Source of the DNA: an uncultured Acidobacteriota bacterium
GTDB lineage: Bacteria; Acidobacteriota; Terriglobia; Terriglobales; Acidobacteriaceae
Direction of reading: 5' to 3'
Assembly (NCBI GenBank): GCA_963777415.1
Contig: CAVZQL010000009.1
Span: 122,457 to 186,456 of the forward strand
DNA: 64,000 bases
This document shows positions 34,901-43,593 of the stretch, piece after piece; position 1 is the stretch's first letter, and every line of letters starts with the position of its first letter. The position numbers were made by a program, and so were the translations under genes. Below the pieces are notes generated by a model. The model was not told the DNA's origin, searched no databases, and saw only the letters and a list, made by a program, of their open reading frames with translations.

Positions 34901-37776
34901 TCCACCCCGACGATCGGAGCAGGGTGGAACAGAATCTTAAGACGACCGTGCGCGACAAAGTAGATACGCACGACGAATACAGGATTGTGCTCCCTGACGG
35001 AACGGTCAAACATATCTTCACGATCCGCCACCCCATCCTCGATGATGCCGGAAATGTGGTTCGATTAGTCGGCACCTCGGCCGATATCACGGAACGCAAA
35101 CGCGCCGAAGAGGCCCTGCAGCGGACCACGACTTACCTTGGCGACGCCCACAGGCTGACCCATACTGGTGCTTGGGCGGTTGATACCAGCATGGAGCCGT
35201 TGTACTGGTCAGAGGAAGTATTCCGGGTCTTTGGATTTGATCCGCAACAGGGATTACCTACAGCGCTGCAAATGCTGCAGCGAGTACACCCCGATGACCG
35301 GGAAGAGGCGATTCGGACCTTCGGCAGGGCCATGAAGGGGAAAGTAGATGACGAGATCGAGTTCAGAACCGTGTTGCCGGATGCAAGCGTAAAACACCTC
35401 CACGTTTTAGGTCGCCCCGTCTTGGACGACCATGGAGAAGTCGTTGAGGTTGTCGGCACGGTCGTCGACATTACCGAGCGCAAGCGCGCCGAAGAAGCGC
35501 TTCGCGAGAATGAGGTTCGTTTCCGAACCTTCGTTGACCACGCGGCCGATGCACTCTTCATTTTGGATTTTGAGCAAGGCACCATCGTTGATGTGAACCA
35601 AAGCGCTTGCGATACGCTTGGCTACACTCGGCAGGAACTTATCGGCTCGGTCCCGCACTTCTTTCACCTGGATTCGTACCGAGCAGAAGTGGGTTCAGTA
35701 GCGGAACGAGCGGCGCAGGGTGAGACCCTGTTCGACACGCACTTGCATCGACGCAAGGACGGCACCACGTTCCCTGTCGAAGTCAGCACGAGTTCGTTTT
35801 GGCATGGCGGACGTCGTTTTCTGCTGAAATTGGCGCGCGATATCAGCGACCGTGTACGGGCGGAAGAAGCTATCCGTCAGAGCGAAAAGCAACTTCGAGA
35901 GGCGATCGACACGATCCCGGCGAATGTGTGGAGTGCTCAGCCGGATGGCACAGTCGAGTTTATCAATCGGCGCATTCTGGAATTCAGCGGTTTGCCTTTC
36001 GAACAGGCCATTGGCAACGGTTGGCGAGACGCGATTCACCCTGATGATCGTGCGCCTTACCTCAATGTACAAGATGCCGCCGTTGCGGCGGGAAAGGACT
36101 TCGAAGTTGAAGCGCGCCTCCTCAGGGCCGATGGTGAGTATCGCTGGATGCTGTTCCGTAGTGTGCCTCTGCGTGACGAGACGGGTACCGTCGTCAAGCG
36201 GTACGGGGTAAGTACTGACATCGACGATAGAAAACGCGCGGAGCAAGCTCTGAAGCGAAGCGAGGCTTATTTGTCGGAAGGACAACGGCTAAGCCACACA
36301 GGCAGTTGGGCGTGGGACCCCGCTAGTCGTCAGTCGCTCTATTGGTCTGAGGAGATGTTAAGGATCTTCGGTTTCGATCCAAACAATAGTGCACCCTCCG
36401 CGGAGGTGTTCTGGAAGCGAATTCATCCTGATGACTTCGAACGCACCTACGAACTGCTCGTGAAGGCAGCCGATGGAAATATGGATTACGAGCATGAGCA
36501 CCGGATCGTGTTGCCCGACGGAACCGTCAAGCACATCCACGCGATCGGTCATCCAGTTCTCGGCAACAACGGAGTTGTCGTCGAATATGTAGGAACCGCG
36601 GTCGACGTTACGGATCGCAAGCGCTCCGAGCAAGCTTTGCGACGAATCGAAGGTTACTTGGCCGAGGCGCAGAGGCTGACCCACACTGGTGCTTGGGCTA
36701 CCGATGCCACGCCGACGCCGTTGTACTGGTCTGAGGAATTGTTCCGGCTTTATGGATTCGATCCGAAGCAGGGAATTCCAAAGCATGAACAGGCAGTGCA
36801 GTGCGTACATCCCGAAGACCGCCAGAGATACGAGCGGGCCTTCCGTAAGATACTCGACCAGAAGGTGGATTCCGACGTCGAGTTTAGAACCGTGTTGCCC
36901 GATGGAACGATTCGGTGGCTGTACGGTCTCGGTCATCCCGTTTTGAACGCCAGCGGAGATGTAGTTGAAATCGTCGGAACGACCGTCGATATTACGGAAC
37001 GGAAACGCGCCGAAGAAGAGCGCACGAGACTTCGCCATCTCGAAGCGGATCTCGCGCATATCAACCGGGTGAGCATGCTGGGCGAACTGACCGCCTCCAT
37101 CGCGCACGAAGTCAACCAGCCTCTGGCGGGCATAGTCGGCAATGCTAGTGCCGGGCTCCGTTGGCTGGCCGCAGACGTGCCCAATCTGGACGAAGCGCGC
37201 GAAGGTCTGCGCCGCATCGTTCGCGACGGCAAGCGAGCCGCTGAGGTGATCTCGCGTACCCGTGCGCTGACGAAAAAGACTGTGGCCCAGACAGAAAAAG
37301 TGGATGTGAATGACACCATCAGCCAGGTTCTCGCGCTCGTCACCGACGAAGCGAAGAGGAGGAGCGTGGCCATCGAAACCCGCTTCGCTGAGGACCTTTC
37401 ACCGGTTCTCGGCGATCGCGTCCAGTTGCAGCAGGTGACGCTCAACCTGGTGATGAACGCTATCGAAGCCATGGCGAGTGCAAGTGAGCGACAACTCGTG
37501 ATCACCACCCAAAATGGCGAGGCCGATAGGATCCAGGTGATGGTGGAAGATTCGGGGGTCGGTCTCGACCCAAAGGCTCTTTCCAAGATCTTCGATCCGT
37601 TCTATACCACGAAGCCGGACGGGATGGGCATGGGGCTCTCAATAAGCACTTCCATCATTCAGGCGCACGGAGGACGGTTGTGGGCCACAACTAAAACTAG
37701 TCCGGGTACAGTATTTTGCTTTACCCTTCCAAGGTATGAAGAACAAGGAGCGCCTGCGGGAGCCGGGGGAGTATGA
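31954..37776 (+). CDS. sensor histidine kinase: periplasmic beta-propeller/Y_Y_Y sensor, TM, ~8 PAS domains, HisKA, HATPase_c
   Basis: Repeated GxLWxGTxxGL propeller blades (GYLWAATNAGLARFDG, GELWIGTRNGGLIRL...). TM WFRALCVFLFLALLWAFYEL. Repeated PAS units ending ITERKRAEEAL. H-box SIAHEVNQPL. G-boxes DSGVGL and GMGMGLSIS. ATG 31954 chosen (MASRRRLLLH). Confidence 0.9.
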   Translation: MASRRRLLLHSIWPRTNGWAQVVLGLLASILIPSVHALSHPAQYVTTVWQTEQGLPNNTIDAMVQDNEGYLWAATNAGLARFDGVRFRVFAAEDFPSLQSSRFQSLYASRSGELWIGTRNGGLIRLHDGSVTTYMERDGLPSKNIRSIREDAEGKLWINTISGVACCAGAKLQPVTAYRGKPVSEFFLQARDASMWFRSGTDVVRFGADGSIATLAGGSMAAEARDGSVWIAFQSQSRLVRYHQGAFSEIALPSAGLRQWTAADPWQGVAMEGNPRQAVLGMATDTDGELLLLTAAGLIRVVDGKLGPPEALPLPANSDAPPRVLSLLVDRQGNRWVGTVGRGMFRFRPAPLTAYGKDEGLSDAPFRAVFQDREARIWLGGDDGIYWFDGNTFNRVPGLAQIGTITQTNDGDLWFGGAGSVYRWRSGVVTRFSIDSSAVFQMFQDREGTLWAVAPMREQKWQLHRFRDGKFEQADADAVNVVEDRGGGLWIAGVNPPAIRLVRGGKTILRYDVSSGMPPNGVHSFWQDPNGAFWFSTATGLYRLRDGKFAAITARKGLTTEITSILDDGAGNLWLPSEHGIFRLSLQELNDLADGKLPSIPPISYGIAEGMKNTECNGGAPGSLKARDGRLWFPTMRGVVAVDPNVVTGPPPVVLEDAWAKKAKLGRNDRTSVTAGNDTFDFTFTALDLSAPDRLRFRYRLVPYDKEWVDAGTRRTAHYTNMPPGEYSFEVIAANSFGVWSNHAAGVRFVLQPHYYQTNWFRALCVFLFLALLWAFYELRVRKLQHQFELRKRADEERRQSAERFRAIADYTYDWENWFGVDGKLLWVNPAVERITGYSVTECMAMPDFPVPIVADADRDAVARELAQAVQGSSTNDFEFRVRHKHGSLAWVAASWQPIYDSQGARLGYRASLRDIGKRKQAEEALQQSEAYLAEAQRLSHSGSWALDLANGMYDYISEEDFRIFGLDQQDGSPSRETVFQRIHPDDRSRVEQNLKTTVRDKVDTHDEYRIVLPDGTVKHIFTIRHPILDDAGNVVRLVGTSADITERKRAEEALQRTTTYLGDAHRLTHTGAWAVDTSMEPLYWSEEVFRVFGFDPQQGLPTALQMLQRVHPDDREEAIRTFGRAMKGKVDDEIEFRTVLPDASVKHLHVLGRPVLDDHGEVVEVVGTVVDITERKRAEEALRENEVRFRTFVDHAADALFILDFEQGTIVDVNQSACDTLGYTRQELIGSVPHFFHLDSYRAEVGSVAERAAQGETLFDTHLHRRKDGTTFPVEVSTSSFWHGGRRFLLKLARDISDRVRAEEAIRQSEKQLREAIDTIPANVWSAQPDGTVEFINRRILEFSGLPFEQAIGNGWRDAIHPDDRAPYLNVQDAAVAAGKDFEVEARLLRADGEYRWMLFRSVPLRDETGTVVKRYGVSTDIDDRKRAEQALKRSEAYLSEGQRLSHTGSWAWDPASRQSLYWSEEMLRIFGFDPNNSAPSAEVFWKRIHPDDFERTYELLVKAADGNMDYEHEHRIVLPDGTVKHIHAIGHPVLGNNGVVVEYVGTAVDVTDRKRSEQALRRIEGYLAEAQRLTHTGAWATDATPTPLYWSEELFRLYGFDPKQGIPKHEQAVQCVHPEDRQRYERAFRKILDQKVDSDVEFRTVLPDGTIRWLYGLGHPVLNASGDVVEIVGTTVDITERKRAEEERTRLRHLEADLAHINRVSMLGELTASIAHEVNQPLAGIVGNASAGLRWLAADVPNLDEAREGLRRIVRDGKRAAEVISRTRALTKKTVAQTEKVDVNDTISQVLALVTDEAKRRSVAIETRFAEDLSPVLGDRVQLQQVTLNLVMNAIEAMASASERQLVITTQNGEADRIQVMVEDSGVGLDPKALSKIFDPFYTTKPDGMGMGLSISTSIIQAHGGRLWATTKTSPGTVFCFTLPRYEEQGAPAGAGGV
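34711..37005 (+). repeat. internal duplication of a two-PAS module (A-B ... A-B) within the kinase gene
   Basis: Units A1 ~34711-35097 and A2 ~36231-36615 share ...AYL(A/S)E(A/G)QRLSH(S/T)GSWA...RIHPDD...(E/H)(Y/H)RIVLPDGTVKHI... Units B1 ~35098-35480 and B2 ~36616-37005 share ...RLTHTGAWA...PLYWSEE(V/L)FR...GFDP(Q/K)QG(L/I)P...VHP(D/E)DR...(I/V)EFRTVLPD...ITERKRAEE... Confidence 0.75.
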
Positions 37777-38398
37777 GGCGGTCATCGCGATTGTTGACGA
37801 TGACGAGTCGGCCCGCGAGGGACTGAGTAGCCTCCTTCGCTCAGCCGGCTTGCACGTTCAAACCTTCTCGTCCGCCCAGGATTTCCTCGCCCGCGCGCGT
37901 GCCAACGCCCCCAGTTGTCTGCTGTTGGATTTACAAATGCCAGGTCTGAGCGGTCTCGACCTGCAGAAGCGAATGGCCGAATTCGAGCTTAATGTCCCTA
38001 TCGTGTTTCTCACGGGGCATGGCGATATCCCAGCTTCCGTGCAGGCAATGAAGGCCGGAGCGATTGAGTTTCTTACGAAACCCTTCGACGAACACACATT
38101 GCTCCGAGCGATTCAAGAGGCCCTGGAGCGTGCTCAGTTTACACGCACGCAACGCGCGCAAATGAGTGAGTTGCGCGACCGCTACGAATCGTTGACCGCC
38201 CGCGAGCAGCAGGTGATGCAGCAGGTGGTTTCGGGCCTGCTTAACAAACAGATTGCAGCCGAACTGAACATAGCGGAATACACGGTGAAGATCCATCGCG
38301 GTCGAGTAATGCGTAAGATGCACGCCGATTCACTCGCCGACTTGGTGAGAATGGCCCAGCGCCTGGACATCCATTCCAACAAATCGTCCCAAACCTAG
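37736..38398 (+). CDS. FixJ/LuxR-type response regulator (REC + LuxR HTH)
   Basis: IAIVDDDESAREGL...LLLDLQMPGLSGL...FLTGHGD...TKP receiver, plus LTAREQQVMQQVVSGLLNKQIAAELNIAEYTVKIHRGRVMRKM. Overlaps the kinase stop by 41 nt if ATG 37736 is used. Confidence 0.88.
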   Translation: MKNKERLREPGEYEAVIAIVDDDESAREGLSSLLRSAGLHVQTFSSAQDFLARARANAPSCLLLDLQMPGLSGLDLQKRMAEFELNVPIVFLTGHGDIPASVQAMKAGAIEFLTKPFDEHTLLRAIQEALERAQFTRTQRAQMSELRDRYESLTAREQQVMQQVVSGLLNKQIAAELNIAEYTVKIHRGRVMRKMHADSLADLVRMAQRLDIHSNKSSQT

Positions 38399-38490
38399 AA
38401 CCAACTCCCAACTACTCAGGCCAAAACCTACCACCAAGGTGTAATAGACTCGCCTCCCGGCCGGTGCTATTCATTGAACAGGACGGACAA

Positions 38491-38868
38491 ATGGCATCCT
38501 TGGTTGCAGTAGTCGATGATGATATCTCGGTTCGCGAGTCGCTCGAGAGCCTTATCCGATCCATTGGCCTGGAAGTGAAAGCCTTTGAGTCGGCGGAGGA
38601 GTTTTTGGACGCACCCCAGCCCCGCAAAGCGGACTGTCTCATTTTGGACGTACGCCTGCCAGGCATGACCGGCATCGAACTACACCGTGAATTGATGTCC
38701 CGTAAGTGCAAGGTGCCCGTTGTCTTTATAACGGCACATGCATCCGACGATCGTTCGCGGGCGGAAGCATCTTCCAAATGGACAGTTGCTTACCTGCCCA
38801 AACCGTTCAGTGAAGATGAATTACTTGACGCCGTCAACGCGGCTTTGGAATGGAAACCTAGCACTTAA
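38491..38868 (+). CDS. single-domain response regulator (REC only)
   Basis: MASLVAVVDDDISVRESL...LILDVRLPGMTGIEL...FITAHAS...PKP. Start at ATG 38491. Confidence 0.85.
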   Translation: MASLVAVVDDDISVRESLESLIRSIGLEVKAFESAEEFLDAPQPRKADCLILDVRLPGMTGIELHRELMSRKCKVPVVFITAHASDDRSRAEASSKWTVAYLPKPFSEDELLDAVNAALEWKPST

Positions 38869-38899
38869 CACAAGATAGCGGGACCAGGGGGAGGTTCCA

Positions 38900-40306
38900 A
38901 TGAGTCACACAGGAGCTTTGGTTTACGTAGTCGATGACGACGTTTCGGCGCGCGAAGGAGTAGCGAACCTGCTCCGTTCCGCTGGGCTGATTACAAAGAC
39001 TTTTACCTCAGCTGAGGAGTTCCTGGCTGCGCCGCGAACCAAGCCGCCGAGCTGTCTTGTGCTGGACGTGAATCTCCCTGGCTTAAGCGGCCTCGAACTG
39101 CAAGAGGAACTTGCAAAAACCAGTGGCAATGTCCCGATCATCTTCCTCACGGGCCACGGCGATATCCCGATGACAGTGCGCGCGGTCAGAGCTGGCGCGG
39201 TGAATTTCCTTACCAAGCCTGTCGACGATGAAGAACTCTTGAACGCGATCGAGCAGTGTGTCGCGACCTATGAAGATGAGCTTCGTTCCGATCTGAATGT
39301 GGGAAACATGGTCGGCGAGAGCGCGGCGTTCCAAGACGTCCTGAGAGCCCTCCAGATCGTGGCCCCTACCGACTCGACCGTGCTCATCGAAGGCGAAACC
39401 GGTACCGGAAAGGAACTGGTGGCACGCGCTATCCACGGCCTTAGCAGCAGAAGTAAGCGTCCGTTCGTGATGCTGAATTGCGCCGCTATCCCCGCCACCC
39501 TGCTCGAAAGCGAGCTGTTTGGCCACGAAAAAGGCGCCTTCACGGGGGCCTTCGCGCAGAAGATCGGGCGTTATGAAATGGCGCACCAGGGAACCCTGTT
39601 TCTCGATGAGATTGGCGAAATGCCGGTCGAACTCCAGCCCAAGCTGTTACGCGTTCTTCAGGAGCAGGAGTTTGAGCGCCTGGGCGGCACTCGAACCATT
39701 CGCGTGGATGTCCGCATCATCGCCGCAACAAATCGCAAACTGACGCAAATGGTCGATGAAGGAAAGTTCCGCAGCGACCTGTACTATCGTCTGCACGTGT
39801 TCCCCCTCACAGTACCGTCCTTGCGCCAGCGCCGCGAGGATATCCCCCTGCTGGTCCGGCACTTCACGCTCAAGTACGCGAAGAAGTTGAACCGCGTTAT
39901 CGACGAGATCCCTCCCGAGTCGATCGAAGCGCTCACCCGGTACGCCTGGCCCGGCAACATTCGCGAGTTGCAGAACACGGTCGAACGCTCCGTCATCCTG
40001 AGCCCCGGACGCGTGCTGCAGATTACTCCCCCGAACCGCGCCGTCAGTGGCCCCGCCGTGGAGCCAGCGAATGTGCAGCTGAACAACTCAGCTCACAGCC
40101 CTGAGGGCCAAAGCGTATCGACTTTCCGCGATGCCGAACGAATTGCCATCATTCACGCGCTGAAAGCTGCTGCGGGAAAGGTCGCCGGCGCAGGCGGAGC
40201 GGCAGAACGTCTAGGCCTGAAACGCACCACACTGCAGAACAAGATGCGGCTGCTGCAAATTTCCCGTTCGGACTACGTATCAGAATCGCCCAACGCACGC
40301 ATGTGA
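38900..40306 (+). CDS. NtrC-family sigma-54-dependent response regulator (REC-AAA+-Fis HTH)
   Basis: [14 protein letters not shown]...[13 protein letters not shown] receiver, [31 protein letters not shown]-terminal [23 protein letters not shown]. Confidence 0.92.
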   Translation: MSHTGALVYVVDDDVSAREGVANLLRSAGLITKTFTSAEEFLAAPRTKPPSCLVLDVNLPGLSGLELQEELAKTSGNVPIIFLTGHGDIPMTVRAVRAGAVNFLTKPVDDEELLNAIEQCVATYEDELRSDLNVGNMVGESAAFQDVLRALQIVAPTDSTVLIEGETGTGKELVARAIHGLSSRSKRPFVMLNCAAIPATLLESELFGHEKGAFTGAFAQKIGRYEMAHQGTLFLDEIGEMPVELQPKLLRVLQEQEFERLGGTRTIRVDVRIIAATNRKLTQMVDEGKFRSDLYYRLHVFPLTVPSLRQRREDIPLLVRHFTLKYAKKLNRVIDEIPPESIEALTRYAWPGNIRELQNTVERSVILSPGRVLQITPPNRAVSGPAVEPANVQLNNSAHSPEGQSVSTFRDAERIAIIHALKAAAGKVAGAGGAAERLGLKRTTLQNKMRLLQISRSDYVSESPNARM

Positions 40307-40352
40307 TCGAAGTTGCAGTGATTGGCCAGGCGGGCATTCGGCCGCCTGAATC

Positions 40353-41183
40353 TCACAGCCTCACCCTGAGCGACAGCGGAAAGTGGTCGGACGCGCCGAC
40401 GAAACCATGAACCCACTCATCTGCTGTTCCCAGCGAAGCTTTCGTCAGGATCGAGTCGATTGTCAGGTCGCGATGCCCGAAGCGCGGCCGTGTCGTGGCG
40501 ACCCGCAGATGCTCGAACGGATTGCGGAACTCCATGCTCTTGATGGCCGACGCTGCAGGGTCCTCGGTGAGGTCGAAGTTGAAGTCGCCGGCTACCAGAA
40601 CCGGCACATCACTGTCATACCGCCGAGTGTCATCCCACAATTCGGCCAACTGCGCCTGCCGGCAGTTCTCGTCGCGGCTCTCCAAGTGCACGTTGTAAAC
40701 CACCAGCACTTTGTCCCAAACTTTCAAGTGAGTTACAAGCGCAATACGGCCGCCCAACCTTCTTTGAAATACAGCCAGCCTCGGAATCGCCCAATGCGGC
40801 TTCCAAAACCGTGATTGAGCGCGAAAGCGGAGCACGCGAGAGTGCTCGATCGGCAAAAGCGACAACGTAGCCTGGCCATGATAGGCCGGCGATCCTCTTG
40901 AACCTTGGGCCAACTCTTCGAACTCAATCCCGAACGCGTAATTCGCTCCAAGTTCCGCAGCGAGTTCCGCTGCGACATTGCGGAACCGGGTGCGACGAGC
41001 GTTGCAGTCCGACTCCTGCAGGCATATAACATGGGCGTGGGTTTCAGCCAAAAACGCGGCGATCTCATCAAAGCGCGAGCCGCGCGCTATGTTCCAACTC
41101 ACCACGCGGATCTCGTCGGTGCAGTCGGGCTTGCAACACGCAACAGAGCCAGTCTCGACCAGGTCTAAGGACATAGCCATCAA
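40353..41183 (-). CDS. endonuclease/exonuclease/phosphatase (EEP) family hydrolase
   Basis: VVSWNIARGSRFDEI...HVICLQESD...VAGDFNF...SDHFPLSL motifs of the EEP fold. Confidence 0.8.
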   Translation of the reverse strand: MMAMSLDLVETGSVACCKPDCTDEIRVVSWNIARGSRFDEIAAFLAETHAHVICLQESDCNARRTRFRNVAAELAAELGANYAFGIEFEELAQGSRGSPAYHGQATLSLLPIEHSRVLRFRAQSRFWKPHWAIPRLAVFQRRLGGRIALVTHLKVWDKVLVVYNVHLESRDENCRQAQLAELWDDTRRYDSDVPVLVAGDFNFDLTEDPAASAIKSMEFRNPFEHLRVATTRPRFGHRDLTIDSILTKASLGTADEWVHGFVGASDHFPLSLRVRL

Positions 41184-41226
41184 TCAGTCTTCTGTCTTAC
41201 GATGCGCATCAAAGCGCTCAGTCAAA

Positions 41227-43593
41227 TCAATCCCCGCTGTAAGCAACTTCACACGCAGGCCTGCGACCGGAGAAAGCGAAGGACGAGTACAACGCTATCG
41301 TCCAAACCAGGTTAGCGCCCACCGCCGTCGCCACGAATGCAAACCTCGTGAGATTGAACAGCGCGAAGAACAGTAACGCATAGGGGAAGAAACAGCGGCG
41401 AATGATGAACTCACAGTGTCTTCCCAGGAACAGCAGCGGGTTGAATCCCTGACTCTCTGCCTTCTTTTGCCATACTTTCAGGAAGGCGTCAGGGCGATCC
41501 TGCGACATTCGATGTCGTAAATGACTGACGACCACGAAGCTAAGAGCTGCTCCGACCAAAAGCGCCGCTCCCCATCCCAGATAAGCGTTGCTGCCTGAGC
41601 CCTTGTTCAACCCGACAGCGATCCCAACGAATACCAGCAAGTAGTAGAGATAATCGCAGATCGTGTCCAGCCAGCAACCGAAGTCGGACGACAGGAGTTT
41701 CATGCGCGCGACCTCGCCATCGCAGCCATCGAGGATACTGGCCCAGACCGACAGCAACGCGCCAATGAGCATGTCCCAGTAGCCCCCACGCGAAAAGTAG
41801 AAGCCCGAAGCAATGCTCACGCCCAGGATCAAAAGCGTGACCATGTTCGGAGTAAGAGGCGTCTTGATCAGCTGCCGGCTGATTGGGATCGAGATCCTCC
41901 GATTCATACGGGCATACACGCCATCGGTGGGCTTTACCAGCCAGCTGTCCAATTTACGTTCAGCAGCGCGAACCGTTTCCGGCGAGGATATCTTCTGCCA
42001 TTCCTGCTCCGGTGCTTGCAGCGTCTCGCCAGAGCAGAGTGATCGGATCGCCTCATCAATACTTTCGAAGTTGTCGACCTTGCTCGCGATCCGAAGAGCC
42101 CCTTCTCGCGACATACCGCAGATCCCGACAGCTTCACTGTCTGTTTCATAGACAAAACTCTCGGAGTCCTCGGCTTTCCAATCATTGACCACCTGCAGCA
42201 AACAGGGCTTGAAAGTAGTTGATCCGGAAAGCAGAACGACGCGAGCCGCAGTGCTGGCCGCCTCCCGGATCAGCGACGAAAGGGCTTCGTCCGACGCTCG
42301 CTCATGCCATTCCAGCGCATCAGGAAGACGTCCTGTCCGGAGCAACTCCTTCTTCACGATGCGAGCGATCGATGAAGGCAACGAAACGATCGTGCGCGAC
42401 GGCCGGAGGCTTTGCGCAGACAAAACGTTGCGCAGCACAACGGGAAGTGACCCAACCCGTGCCAGTGCCGGGATGAATGTCCCAGTGTCACAGAAGCTCT
42501 CCACGACGATAATCACAGCGAGCGAGCCATTTTCCCAAAACTGCTCGCCCCCCATCGCTGTATCGGGTTGCGAACTCTCCAGATATCCCTGCATGTTTTG
42601 CTCCTTTCGACGAGACAATCCAATAAGGCACAATGCGCCGATACCGGCCCAGAATAGGGTGCGTGCCCTGCGGCAGAGTGCCAGCGTCAGACCGGCACCA
42701 GGCGTGTAGCCGAGCATCCTCGAAAGCAGCAGATTGCCGCCCTCATAAGTCCCGATGTTTCCTGGATTCACTGCTCCGACGACGTTGATCAACTTGGTGA
42801 ATCCTTCGATCACCAAGGCCGCAACAGGCGTGACGTTAACGCCCATGAATCGCAACACGAGATAAACTTCGCCTAGCGCCAGTATCTGCGAGCTGAGGTT
42901 CAAGACCACGGCTCCCCAGAAAGCCATCGGCGCATGAGAATGGAAACTGAGAAGACTTTCCTCCGCGGATTCGATCACCACGAGCTTGTTTTCCAGCCAA
43001 CGCCTCGCCCATGGCAATCTTTGGAGCGCGCGCGCACTAGCCGAGAGAAGGCGCCACCGCCTCTTGAACGCCATCCCCGTCAGCACGAGCACTGCTGCGA
43101 TGCTGGCCGCGAACACAATGGCGCAAACGCGCCACGCGCCAGTCAGCGAAAGCAGAACTAATGACGCGAGAACTCCTGCGATCCCGATGACGGCGGAGCA
43201 CACCGTGTAAATTCCACGATCAAGCGCAACCGACGAAATGCGATCCGCGATTGGCAGCACCGGTCCCAGCAGCGTTACCCGCAGCGTATCTCCGACGACC
43301 TGGCCCGCTACGCCGAGAACTCCGATGGCCTCCGAGATCAGACGCAGCATGAAGGTGCGCCACAGAGACAAACCCCGCAGGTCGGAACGGAACGTGAGCC
43401 GCCAGGCCCAGGCGCGGATCAGATGTGAGAGGCCTCCCAAGGCGAGGATCACGAGCATGCCCCAGCCTACGGCCCTCACGTGCGCGATCACGTTGCCCAC
43501 ACCCGTGCGGACGATGAAGTAGCCTAAAAGCCCGACTCCCATCAGCACGGCCGCGAGGCGAAGCGGCTTTCGTTTTGTAGAGTCTCTAGACAT
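41227..43593 (-). CDS. fusion protein: flippase-like (LPG_synthase_TM/UPF0104) membrane domain + degenerate nucleotidyltransferase-like middle region + CDP-alcohol phosphatidyltransferase
   Basis: The N-terminal ~330 aa are polytopic with the lysyl-PG-synthase-TM-like pattern. The C-terminus carries the full CDP-alcohol motif DGCDGEVAR-x8-G-x3-D-x3-D (nt 41653-41730). The middle segment LAVIIVVESFCDTGTF...VGSLPVVLRNVL resembles an NTP-transferase fold lacking the GxGxR signature (inference). Confidence 0.8.
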   Translation of the reverse strand: MSRDSTKRKPLRLAAVLMGVGLLGYFIVRTGVGNVIAHVRAVGWGMLVILALGGLSHLIRAWAWRLTFRSDLRGLSLWRTFMLRLISEAIGVLGVAGQVVGDTLRVTLLGPVLPIADRISSVALDRGIYTVCSAVIGIAGVLASLVLLSLTGAWRVCAIVFAASIAAVLVLTGMAFKRRWRLLSASARALQRLPWARRWLENKLVVIESAEESLLSFHSHAPMAFWGAVVLNLSSQILALGEVYLVLRFMGVNVTPVAALVIEGFTKLINVVGAVNPGNIGTYEGGNLLLSRMLGYTPGAGLTLALCRRARTLFWAGIGALCLIGLSRRKEQNMQGYLESSQPDTAMGGEQFWENGSLAVIIVVESFCDTGTFIPALARVGSLPVVLRNVLSAQSLRPSRTIVSLPSSIARIVKKELLRTGRLPDALEWHERASDEALSSLIREAASTAARVVLLSGSTTFKPCLLQVVNDWKAEDSESFVYETDSEAVGICGMSREGALRIASKVDNFESIDEAIRSLCSGETLQAPEQEWQKISSPETVRAAERKLDSWLVKPTDGVYARMNRRISIPISRQLIKTPLTPNMVTLLILGVSIASGFYFSRGGYWDMLIGALLSVWASILDGCDGEVARMKLLSSDFGCWLDTICDYLYYLLVFVGIAVGLNKGSGSNAYLGWGAALLVGAALSFVVVSHLRHRMSQDRPDAFLKVWQKKAESQGFNPLLFLGRHCEFIIRRCFFPYALLFFALFNLTRFAFVATAVGANLVWTIALYSSFAFSGRRPACEVAYSGD

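Noticed and set aside
40327-40348. Hairpin CAGGCGG-N8-CCGCCTG between the convergent NtrC-type and EEP genes, considered as a bidirectional terminator.
   Set aside because: The stem is only 7 bp and there is no T-tract on either side. Too weak to annotate.
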